In this document: positions 25,869-33,780 of the stretch, piece after piece
How the letters are laid out: each line of letters opens with the position of its first letter
How positions within the stretch are numbered: position 1 is the stretch's first letter
IMG/VR virus record: IMGVR_UViG_3300045988_081405
DNA: 43,753 nt
Origin: a virus
Reading direction: 5' to 3' (one strand)
Translations under genes and position numbers: made by a program
Notes under the pieces: model-generated
Seen by the model: only the letters and a program-made list of their open reading frames with translations
Database searches by the model: none
What the model was told of the DNA's origin: nothing

Positions 25869-26399
25869 TTACACCTCATACACAAATAAATTAGCGTCTA
25901 AATAATCGATAAGTTGTTGATAGTTTTCATCATCACATACAACCTTAACAACTTTTCCGTTATCTTCTTGTGCTGGTTTATCGTCTTTATCTTGTTGTGC
26001 TTCTTCTTCATCAAAGAAATCTGTTCTTAACTCATCTGCATTTAAGAAACCAAAATCTTCCATGTCGAGAAAATTAATATCTTTTAATTCATCAACTAAA
26101 GCACTCAAGTCCCATGTAGCAATCTCACCAACTTTATTGTCAGCCAACCTAAACGCTTTAATCTGCTCATCGGTAAGATCATCAGCAACAATACAAGGAA
26201 CTTCTTTAATACCTAACTGTTTAGCAGCAAGCAAACGAGTATGACCGCAAACTACAACGTTATCACTATCAATAACAAGAGGAACCTTGAACCCAAACTC
26301 TTTGATAGAGTTCGCTACATATTGAATAGCTTCTGTATTGTTACGAGGGTTATTTTCATATGGTACGAGTTTATCTACTGCAATATTTACAATCTCCAT
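25869..26399 (-). CDS. ParB N-terminal (ParB/Srx nuclease-like) domain protein with an acidic tail
   Basis: KLVPYENNPRNN...VVCGHTRLLAAKQLG signature. No methyltransferase domain is attached. Confidence 0.75.
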   Translation of the reverse strand: MEIVNIAVDKLVPYENNPRNNTEAIQYVANSIKEFGFKVPLVIDSDNVVVCGHTRLLAAKQLGIKEVPCIVADDLTDEQIKAFRLADNKVGEIATWDLSALVDELKDINFLDMEDFGFLNADELRTDFFDEEEAQQDKDDKPAQEDNGKVVKVVCDDENYQQLIDYLDANLFVYEV

Positions 26400-26434
26400 A
26401 TCCTAACTCCTTTCTTTATTTTTACATACAAAAA

Positions 26435-26459
26435 GAGCACCCCATGAGTAAAGGTGCTC
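26435..26459 (-). terminator. Intrinsic terminator-like hairpin 35 nt upstream of the late-operon start
   Basis: On the minus strand: GAGCACC, 11-nt loop, GGTGCTC, then TTTTTGT. Confidence 0.5.
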
Positions 26460-26554
26460 CTTTTGCGTAGATGTTTTCTGTTTATAAGAGAGTGAAAGTC
26501 CACATTTTGGCAATTCGCCCTTTGTTGACATCTATATGATACCACCGTCAATAG

Positions 26555-26634
26555 GGTGCACTCAATAGCATTTTAGGTGCACCTGGTGCAAATTTTGTTC
26601 ACATAGCGTTAATATAGGTGCAATTAGGTGCACC
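26555..26634. promoter_or_regulatory. Array of five GGTGCA motifs (two as the palindrome GGTGCACC) in the late-operon upstream region
   Basis: GGTGCA at 26555, 26576, 26585, 26617 and 26627. GGTGCACC at 26576-26583 and 26627-26634. Confidence 0.5.
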
Positions 26635-26694
26635 ACACTATGTATTAATGCAGTAATCATCTATATTCTTATGGTAAACATTAGGCCACGAGAA

Positions 26695-27159
26695 TTATTT
26701 CAAGTTTTTTTCGTAAAACGCTTCTTCCGCTCTACGGAGTAGTCTTTTGATGTAGTTTATTGAGTTGTTCGGCATGCCTAAACTTTTGTAAATTAACGAT
26801 ATAGCGTAAATATCACGCCTATTAATGTAACGTTCAGTAAGTACGGCTCTATATTTAGGGTCGCTAATATTGAAGATGCACCTCATCACATCGAGTTCGC
26901 ACTCAACCGCCTTTTCTTTTAAATCGAAAATACTTGATTTAAGCTCTGTGAGTTGATGAAACTGTTCCATGATACCTACTTCACCACCACCGCCTACGCT
27001 ATCCCCTAGCGAGCTTTTAGGTAAACCAGCTGGCCCCATTCGCTTTTGTAAGAGTTCTAGTTGTGCATGTAACGCTTGTTCTTCTAGGTAATAGTCATTG
27101 ATACGCATAATATACTCCCTAGCTTTTCTGCGTTGTATTTCTTTAGTAATTTTCTCCAT
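26695..27159 (-). CDS. Late-gene transcriptional activator (ArpU/RinA/DUF1492-like)
   Basis: Position upstream of the packaging block. The C-terminal region (RAVLTERYINRRDIYAIS...) resembles sigma-70 region 4. RBS AAAGGGG precedes the MEKITKE start. Confidence 0.55.
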   Translation of the reverse strand: MEKITKEIQRRKAREYIMRINDYYLEEQALHAQLELLQKRMGPAGLPKSSLGDSVGGGGEVGIMEQFHQLTELKSSIFDLKEKAVECELDVMRCIFNISDPKYRAVLTERYINRRDIYAISLIYKSLGMPNNSINYIKRLLRRAEEAFYEKNLK

Positions 27160-27190
27160 ACTAACCCCTTTAACGAGAACACAATATTCC

Positions 27191-27631
27191 TTATTTGTTA
27201 GTGCTACCAAACCCACCTGTACGCTTTGCCGTAGCAGTATCTTTATTGACTACCCTGTACGGCATAATAATAAGCTGTGCTAGGCGTTCGCTAGATTTGT
27301 AATAGAACGGTTCATCACCTAGATTTCTAATCGGTATCATGATATGACCTTCATTATCGTCATTGTTGTAGTAGTCAGCATCGATAATACCTGTACCATT
27401 AGCAAGCATGACATCGTTATTAATTCCCACGCTAGATCTTAAATGTAATTGAATATGCTCATCGTAGTTCAATCTGCATTTAATACCAGTCGGAATAAGT
27501 TTCGTTTGATGTGGTAATACGACGCCAGTTTCATAAGGCTTCACATCGTATCCTGCTGCATACTCTGTTTTTCGTTCCGGTAAATCAGCATCTTCATATC
27601 CTGTTACTCGCTCAAATTGGTTTTCATTCAT
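27191..27631 (-). CDS. dut: dUTP diphosphatase (trimeric dUTPase)
   Basis: AAGYD, RSS and GIIDADY motifs, with C-terminal RTGGFGST. Confidence 0.85.
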   Translation of the reverse strand: MNENQFERVTGYEDADLPERKTEYAAGYDVKPYETGVVLPHQTKLIPTGIKCRLNYDEHIQLHLRSSVGINNDVMLANGTGIIDADYYNNDDNEGHIMIPIRNLGDEPFYYKSSERLAQLIIMPYRVVNKDTATAKRTGGFGSTNK

Positions 27632-27632
27632 A

Positions 27633-28052
27633 TTAATATCCCCTTTTCTTTAAATACGTCCATACCGTACTGGTCGCTTTGTTAACACGCAATGCAATAT
27701 CACTTAATTTAAACCCTTGTTTCTTTAAGGCTACGGCTTCATTAACCCATGCTTCAGGTTCTTTTCTAGATAGTCGCATTTTTTGCCCACAAGAGGCACT
27801 GCATGTTTTTTTAATATTTCTTAGTCTATACGCTACTGTATAGGCCGCACCGCATATCGGACATACCTTTTCAACAACGTGATTAGACATTCTATCTGTT
27901 ACATCAAATTGATGTGTTTTTACTGGTTTAACTTTCTTTATTTGTTTATTTGCTTTTACCTGGTCTAATGGATTTGCTTTCCATATTGGCAAATGTTCTA
28001 AGAACTGCGGAATATTATTCACGATATCTCCTTTCATCTGAACACTTAGCAA
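27633..28052 (-). CDS. Zinc-ribbon plus C-terminal HTH DNA-binding protein
   Basis: CPICG...CSASCG motif and C-terminal LSDIALRVNKATSTVWTYLKKRG. The start is probably the Met at 28037. Confidence 0.5.
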   Translation of the reverse strand: MLSVQMKGDIVNNIPQFLEHLPIWKANPLDQVKANKQIKKVKPVKTHQFDVTDRMSNHVVEKVCPICGAAYTVAYRLRNIKKTCSASCGQKMRLSRKEPEAWVNEAVALKKQGFKLSDIALRVNKATSTVWTYLKKRGY

Positions 28053-28128
28053 TAATGCATAAGCAAGTTGTAATAATGCCTATACAAGCTCCGATAATTA
28101 ACCCTAGTAAGAAAAAGACAAACGTCAT
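28015..28128 (-). CDS. 37-aa hydrophobic peptide (single TM), not in the ORF track
   Basis: Sequence is MTFVFFLLGLIIGACIGIITTCLCIIAKCSDERRYRE. Its ATG overlaps the rusA stop as ATGA. Confidence 0.4.
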   Translation of the reverse strand: MTFVFFLLGLIIGACIGIITTCLCIIAKCSDERRYRE

Positions 28129-28541
28129 TTATTTCTCCTCCCCCATATATCGTGCAATATGTGAGGTTCCTCTGCTTTTATAATCTCAATTTCTGTTCTA
28201 GGGTTATACTTATCAACCCCAACGATTTGAGAACCGTCATAGTTAACGATCCACATATCATCATCGATGATGTTTGCAGAGGTTAATATATCGCTGGTAG
28301 CTTGTAAGAGGCCGACCAGGTCTGGCCAAGAACGTTCATTAGGCATGTAATAGCGGCACCTAACTATAACCGGACCAGATACATAGGCGCGTTTTCTGAA
28401 GAATTGAAGCTGTTTTAAGCTGTCTTTTTCATAATCACAAAATGCTTTTGATGGTAAGACTCGAGGATATTTTCCGTGATACACAATACGCGAACTATTT
28501 TTTTTAGTTGTTGGTCGACCATAAATTACAAGACTACTCAT
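28125..28541 (-). CDS. rusA: RusA-family Holliday junction resolvase
   Basis: 138 aa with TKKNS, DLVGLLQATSDIL and IIDDD motifs. Confidence 0.75.
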   Translation of the reverse strand: MSSLVIYGRPTTKKNSSRIVYHGKYPRVLPSKAFCDYEKDSLKQLQFFRKRAYVSGPVIVRCRYYMPNERSWPDLVGLLQATSDILTSANIIDDDMWIVNYDGSQIVGVDKYNPRTEIEIIKAEEPHILHDIWGRRNK

Positions 28542-28678
28542 TTGAAATTATCACCTCACATATATTTACGATTTAATTTTCTAATTTAAGCTATGAATGA
28601 GGCTCATTTTGATATGTGTAATTCCTTTCATGAGTGTTTTATCGTTACACATATTAAATTGCCATACAGAGCGAATAA

Positions 28679-29410
28679 TTAAATTTCGCTATCACTTAAA
28701 GGTTTTCGTTTTGACTCACCTCTTAGCAGTAAGACAAACGATGAACCTTTTAGCCTGTCATAGATACGGCTGTCATAGCCTTGTTGTATCTGTTTCATAG
28801 TTAAATTCGTTGTAATGATTGTTGCTTTGCAAGACTCAACCCTATCCGCTATGATTGAGTCTACCTTGTTAGCAACCCATTTGTTTTCATATTCAGCGCC
28901 AAAATCATCAAGAACTAATAAAGGCGTGTTACGAATACGATTTTCAAAGCGAATATAATCGCTAGTTTCTCCTTTACTCAATGAGAGCAAGGTGTCGAGC
29001 AAGCTCATCATCGAAATAAGGTAGCCGTTATATCCCTTATCAATTGCTTTTCGTAAAATGCTTATAGCTAGCGACGTTTTACCAGTACCAACAGGGCCTA
29101 ACAATATTAAGCCGTTGCCTTTACTGATATGGTCGCGAATATGTTCTGCGTACTTAAAGGCTTTGTTGTATGTTTCTCTGTCTTCAGTAGGTGTTCCATA
29201 CGCCTTTAACTTATCGAATGTCATGGTCTTGTATTTGTCCTTAATGCCATAAGCTGATAGATTTACATTTCTTTCAACTACAACAGGTGGAGCATATACA
29301 GGTTGATAATACTCATAACCAATCTGCGGTCTCTTTGGACCAGTCGATTTCAGTATCGACTGCTTTTGTTTTATCCTTTCGATTTCCGCTGCTACGTTTA
29401 CTTGTTCCAT
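28679..29410 (-). CDS. DnaC/IstB-like helicase loader ATPase
   Basis: Walker A GPVGTGKT, Walker B LLVLDDFG, strong GAGAGGAGG RBS. Confidence 0.8.
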   Translation of the reverse strand: MEQVNVAAEIERIKQKQSILKSTGPKRPQIGYEYYQPVYAPPVVVERNVNLSAYGIKDKYKTMTFDKLKAYGTPTEDRETYNKAFKYAEHIRDHISKGNGLILLGPVGTGKTSLAISILRKAIDKGYNGYLISMMSLLDTLLSLSKGETSDYIRFENRIRNTPLLVLDDFGAEYENKWVANKVDSIIADRVESCKATIITTNLTMKQIQQGYDSRIYDRLKGSSFVLLLRGESKRKPLSDSEI

Positions 29411-30218
29411 TTGCAGCCTCCTCTCTTATCTTGTTGTTCAATATCGCTGTAATGTATGCAATGCTAGCTTTTCCTACTTCACTAGCTTTACTAATAGCCG
29501 TGATAACTTCATCTTCACCAAAATCATTAACCAGGTATTCTAGTTTCTCTTTTGTGATAGACGAAATTTCACCAACGTCATTCATATAAATTTTGAACAC
29601 GTTTTTATATGGATCTTGTTTGTTAGAATTTTCATCAAACATGGTTAACACATTTTCAGAATTTTCGTTTTCGCGCGCGTCCCCATATGAATATGAATAT
29701 GAATTATTTCCTTTCCTTTCCTTTCCTTTAGCTTCGTTTGCTTCGTTTGCTTCGTTTGCTTCAAGCAATTGCTTCGTTTTGCTTCGAGCTTTACCGCTCT
29801 TAAGACCGCCTAAACGCCCAGCCTCACTGCGTTTCTTAGATATTTCTTCTTGCTTTTTTTTACGAAGCAAATTTCGTCTAAGTAGTGATGGTGACCAAAA
29901 AAATTCACCATCGGTTTCAAGCAGTTCGCACTCATTAATAAGCAAAATTACAAATGCTTCAGCTTGCTTCGCGGTGCTTAATTTTGCTTCGTTGCTTGAA
30001 GCATTTGCTTCGTTTTGCTTCATTCCGAATGCTATTCCAAGTCCGGTAAAGGTAATTTTATCCATAGGAAGTTTATATTCCTCTTGTGCTGCTAATTGCT
30101 CAATTAAGATCCACCACCAGGCATACGATATAACACCGCACAATTCTTTCATAACAATGATTTTAGGGTCATTACTGGCATTAACATCGTGGCTAAAATA
30201 ATACGTATCCTTTGCCAT
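29313..30218 (-). CDS. Replication organiser (DUF4373-like N-terminus, DnaD-like C-terminus)
   Basis: N-terminal YYFSHDVNASNDPKI and C-terminal SIAYITAILNNK. Low-complexity linker containing EANEANEAN. Confidence 0.7.
   Translation of the reverse strand: MAKDTYYFSHDVNASNDPKIIVMKELCGVISYAWWWILIEQLAAQEEYKLPMDKITFTGLGIAFGMKQNEANASSNEAKLSTAKQAEAFVILLINECELLETDGEFFWSPSLLRRNLLRKKKQEEISKKRSEAGRLGGLKSGKARSKTKQLLEANEANEANEAKGKERKGNNSYSYSYGDARENENSENVLTMFDENSNKQDPYKNVFKIYMNDVGEISSITKEKLEYLVNDFGEDEVITAISKASEVGKASIAYITAILNNKIREEAANGTSKRSSGNRKDKTKAVDTEIDWSKETADWL
29731..30022. repeat. Two clusters of TTTGCTTCG iteron-like repeats inside the replication gene (candidate ori)
   Basis: GCTTCG at 29731, 29740, 29749, 29771, 29781, 29966, 29986 and 30007, plus GCTTCA/GCTTGA variants. 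The two clusters are separated by an A/T-run-containing spacer. Confidence 0.55.
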
Positions 30219-30227
30219 TGTTACCCC

Positions 30228-30449
30228 CTAATAGAACAATTCATCATGCTTTAACCCCAGTACTTTACACCAGGTAAACCGCTTTTTATCAAATGCGATT
30301 GGCTTTCCTGAAAGATACAACACTAAAGACTTTGGAGTTGTTTGTGATTGATTGGAAAAGTCCATAAGTGTTAATTGTTTATCTTCCAACGCTTTAATAA
30401 ACACATCAAATTTAACTCGCACAACATCACCCCTTTTCTTGATGTACAA
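30228..30449 (-). CDS. Hypothetical small protein
   Basis: 73-aa ORF in operon context. Confidence 0.45.
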   Translation of the reverse strand: MYIKKRGDVVRVKFDVFIKALEDKQLTLMDFSNQSQTTPKSLVLYLSGKPIAFDKKRFTWCKVLGLKHDELFY

Positions 30450-31143
30450 TCACCAACTTCCCTGTGGCTGCTTGTACCGCTTTTTTAAATTCTGCTTCAT
30501 TGGAGTTCTCGTTCGATAAATGAATAAGGTGTATGTCTTTACACTTCGATAAGTCCATTGATTGTAGAAATTTATTTACGTTTTCGAGTGCAAAATGTGA
30601 TTTAACTAATCTCTCCATACGTTGCTTTGATAGTTCATCGTCATACACTCTATTCTTTAATATTTCGTAAGAATGATTACACTCTACGAGGATATGATCC
30701 ACATCCTTAAATGTGTAACGGCAGTAATAGGTATCAGTTATGTATAGCAATTTCTCTTCACCATCAGTAATTAAGAACCCAACATTCGGCACATCGTGTT
30801 CCAACTCAAAAGGTAAAACTGTAAATATGCCAACTTTAACAGCTGTTTTAGGTTTAATCTCTATCCATGTTCGAGCGTCTAATGCATGAACAGCTTGTGC
30901 AGTATCTTTTGTCATATACACTTTGTGGCCTAATTTTAACCAATCACTAACCGACCTTGAGTGGTCGCCGTGTTGGTGAGTTATTAGAATACCGTTTAAA
31001 TGCACGAAATTATACCTACAAGCTCTTTGAATATCTTTAAAGGGTAAACCTATATCAACCAATATTTCATCGCCGTTTACGCTTGATTTTAATCGGTAGC
31101 AGTTCCCTAAGGAGCTACTACCGAAACATTCAATATTAATCAT
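30427..31143 (-). CDS. Metallo-beta-lactamase fold hydrolase (putative nuclease)
   Basis: The HQHGDH motif. Confidence 0.8.
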   Translation of the reverse strand: MINIECFGSSSLGNCYRLKSSVNGDEILVDIGLPFKDIQRACRYNFVHLNGILITHQHGDHSRSVSDWLKLGHKVYMTKDTAQAVHALDARTWIEIKPKTAVKVGIFTVLPFELEHDVPNVGFLITDGEEKLLYITDTYYCRYTFKDVDHILVECNHSYEILKNRVYDDELSKQRMERLVKSHFALENVNKFLQSMDLSKCKDIHLIHLSNENSNEAEFKKAVQAATGKLVIVHQEKG

Positions 31144-31853
31144 TCACCAAACATCTCATTTGCGTTTAATACTTCACCAGTTTCTTTATCAATAAGTTCT
31201 GATGTACCAGGTTCAATATCTATAACTTCTGTATTTGCGTTGTGTTCGATAGTTGTAATTGCATCATCTAATACATCACTGACGTTACCTTCAACATCGA
31301 TTGCTTCATCGGCTGTTGGTAACCCCATAGAAATTTCAGGTGCAGTTGTACGGATCAACCAAGCTGCTGCCCTGTAACGTAACATTTGGTCCGGCATCGT
31401 TCTCCATTTAGAGCCTTTCTTGTCATACCAGCCTTCTGCCTTAGCGATAGAGATTGTTGCTTCAGGACCTGCGATAATTTCATCACTACCTTTTTCGCGA
31501 GTGTAAGCAATGATGCCTTGACTATCTGTACCCTTTTTACCAGTTTCTTTATATTTAATAGCTTCAAATCTACCACATTGATTAAATGTGGCAATTAAGA
31601 ATTTAGAAGACCAACTAGGGTTGCCATACACTACATATAGATTTTGCATTACCATTAATGGACTAGCATTAATGCGGACCGCCATTTCTAATGCGATACA
31701 AGCATTACCAAAATTTTGAGGGCCTCTAAAGTTATCAGGTACCAAGCTAGATTCATTGAACATTTTTGCTTGACGTTGTAATAGTTCAAAACTTGCTACC
31801 GAATTAAAATTAGCGGATACTTCATTCTTCTTTGTTGTAATTTCGTTTGCCAT
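31140..31853 (-). CDS. recT: RecT-family single-strand annealing protein
   Basis: RecT-like core. AGGAG RBS precedes the MANEITTKK start. Confidence 0.8.
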   Translation of the reverse strand: MANEITTKKNEVSANFNSVASFELLQRQAKMFNESSLVPDNFRGPQNFGNACIALEMAVRINASPLMVMQNLYVVYGNPSWSSKFLIATFNQCGRFEAIKYKETGKKGTDSQGIIAYTREKGSDEIIAGPEATISIAKAEGWYDKKGSKWRTMPDQMLRYRAAAWLIRTTAPEISMGLPTADEAIDVEGNVSDVLDDAITTIEHNANTEVIDIEPGTSELIDKETGEVLNANEMFGE

Positions 31854-31863
31854 ACTAAACCTC

Positions 31864-33768
31864 CTATGCAACTGTTAATTCTTTAAATGTTGCGTCTACG
31901 AATAATTGAATTACTTGACTATGACAATGGATAAAGCTAGTTACAGCTTCCGCATTGTCTATAAATACAGGTGCATTCACTTTGAAATAGCTAGTTAATG
32001 CGTTGATAATATCAAGACCTACGTTCATACGAGCAGCATTATTCATGCTACGGTAAGGAACGCCTTTATAAGTTGTTTCACAACATTCTTCAATATTGCC
32101 ATTCACTAACACGTTGAACATTTTAAAGCGAGCATATTCGAAGTGGCTGTTGATAGATTGTTCTAACATATCAACTTTCGCTTTTATAAATTCATCCATA
32201 AGGAACATGGCTTCATCTAGCTCATTCTTATCATTGGCTAGTTGTTGCTGTTTACGTTCCAATTCCTTAACTCGTTCATCGATAATTTCAATCAACTCAT
32301 GCTTATTAAGTTCATCAACGAGTTGAGTACGTTTAACTTTCATCTCATCGATGTCTTTATTAATTGCTTCATAAGAGTTGGTTGTATCGGTATCATCAAG
32401 TTCAGACTCTAATAAGAATAGTTGTGCTTGTAGATCCATATATACAGAATCTTTATTAATATCAGGCTGTTCTAGGTCTTCATAAGCCTTAAATTTACGT
32501 TCATAGTCTTGTTGTTGCTCTTTAACTTGATTAGTTAAGCCATCAATTTTAACAGCAACAATTTCTTCTTGTTCGATGTAAGAACGTTTCATATTTTCTG
32601 CACTATCAATTAACTTTTGCCATTCCTCAAGGTTAGTAGCCTTTTGCATGTTAAATGCTTCTTTTAGGCTTTCTCTTTTATCATCAGGATACGGCTGACC
32701 GCATGTAGGGCAGTTCACATCGTCAAATTCTTGAATATTAAAAGCGTTAAATTCTTCTTTTAACTTTTCAATTCGCTTATTTTCGCGTTCAATGTTTCTT
32801 CCTGTTTCATAGTTATGATCCGCAAGTCTATCTCGCTCTTGTTCAATAGCCTTTAATTGATTTAATGAGAACTCATATTCACCACGTAAGCGAGTTTTCT
32901 CTTTGTCGTAGTCAGATAATACCTGGTTACGTCTTTCATCGATTGTACGCTTAATATTGCGAATTTTAGACTTGACCTCGGTTTCTTTTAGGCCATTCTT
33001 AATAACAGCAGCTTCCTCTTCAAGTTGATTAATACCAGTATTAAACGTTTCAATATCAGCTTTTAATTTATCTTTATCTGACTGCACCTCCGGTTTATTA
33101 CGAATGGCTTCATCAATTCGTACTGGTATCATGTCGAGTTCTTTGTTAATGGCTGTTTTTTTAGCAGCGACTATTTTTTTATGTTCTTCAACAGTACGGC
33201 CGTTAAGAATGGATAATAATTTTCGTAGTTCGCCATGATTACGAATTACGGTTTCATCATCAATACCGCCACATATTTCGAGCAGTAATTTGCGTCTGTT
33301 TTGCCAACTGTATTGCTCATTGAAATATAGTGGGTTGGTAATTAACTTGAATACGTCCTCATTAATCATGTTATTGATAAATGCTTTATATTCTTTTTCT
33401 TTGACTGGCACTTCATTAATAAAGTAATCGGTTGTATGTCCAGTTAGTTTTGTATCACCACCGCGCGGGTTTGTGTATTTCTCGCGATATACACGCTTTA
33501 ACGTGAATTGTGTTCCATCATCGTTACTGAACTCACCTTCAACTTCATGATTAACTTTGTGAATTGGTTCGCCGTTAACGAGAGTTTTAATTTCAAAGTC
33601 GCTACGGTCTAGGCTGTCTTTACCAAATAATAACCAACACATACTATCAAAGACAGTTGTTTTTCCTGTCGCATTATCACCAAAGATGATTTTGTTTTCT
33701 CCGTCAAATTCAAAATTAGATTGACGGATGCTTTTAAAATTAGTAAGCGATAGCTTTAATAGTTTCAT
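31864..33768 (-). CDS. Rad50/SbcC-like SMC-type ATPase with a CxxC zinc hook
   Basis: Walker A GDNATGKTT, long coiled coil, CPTC encoded at 32701-32712, C-terminal VFIDNAEAV. Confidence 0.75.
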   Translation of the reverse strand: MKLLKLSLTNFKSIRQSNFEFDGENKIIFGDNATGKTTVFDSMCWLLFGKDSLDRSDFEIKTLVNGEPIHKVNHEVEGEFSNDDGTQFTLKRVYREKYTNPRGGDTKLTGHTTDYFINEVPVKEKEYKAFINNMINEDVFKLITNPLYFNEQYSWQNRRKLLLEICGGIDDETVIRNHGELRKLLSILNGRTVEEHKKIVAAKKTAINKELDMIPVRIDEAIRNKPEVQSDKDKLKADIETFNTGINQLEEEAAVIKNGLKETEVKSKIRNIKRTIDERRNQVLSDYDKEKTRLRGEYEFSLNQLKAIEQERDRLADHNYETGRNIERENKRIEKLKEEFNAFNIQEFDDVNCPTCGQPYPDDKRESLKEAFNMQKATNLEEWQKLIDSAENMKRSYIEQEEIVAVKIDGLTNQVKEQQQDYERKFKAYEDLEQPDINKDSVYMDLQAQLFLLESELDDTDTTNSYEAINKDIDEMKVKRTQLVDELNKHELIEIIDERVKELERKQQQLANDKNELDEAMFLMDEFIKAKVDMLEQSINSHFEYARFKMFNVLVNGNIEECCETTYKGVPYRSMNNAARMNVGLDIINALTSYFKVNAPVFIDNAEAVTSFIHCHSQVIQLFVDATFKELTVA

Positions 33769-33780
33769 TTCTTATCCTCC

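Noticed and set aside
26555-30022. CRISPR array interpretation of the GGTGCA and GCTTCG repeat clusters
   Set aside because: The repeat units are only 6-12 bp with irregular short spacing. One array lies within a coding region. There are no cas genes or uniform spacers.
29593-30201. 202-aa plus-strand ORF antisense to the replication-organiser gene
   Set aside because: It has low-complexity Ser/Phe/Leu-rich sequence generated by the complementary strand of the repeat-rich linker. It has no RBS. The minus-strand gene has clear DUF4373/DnaD-like motifs and operon context.
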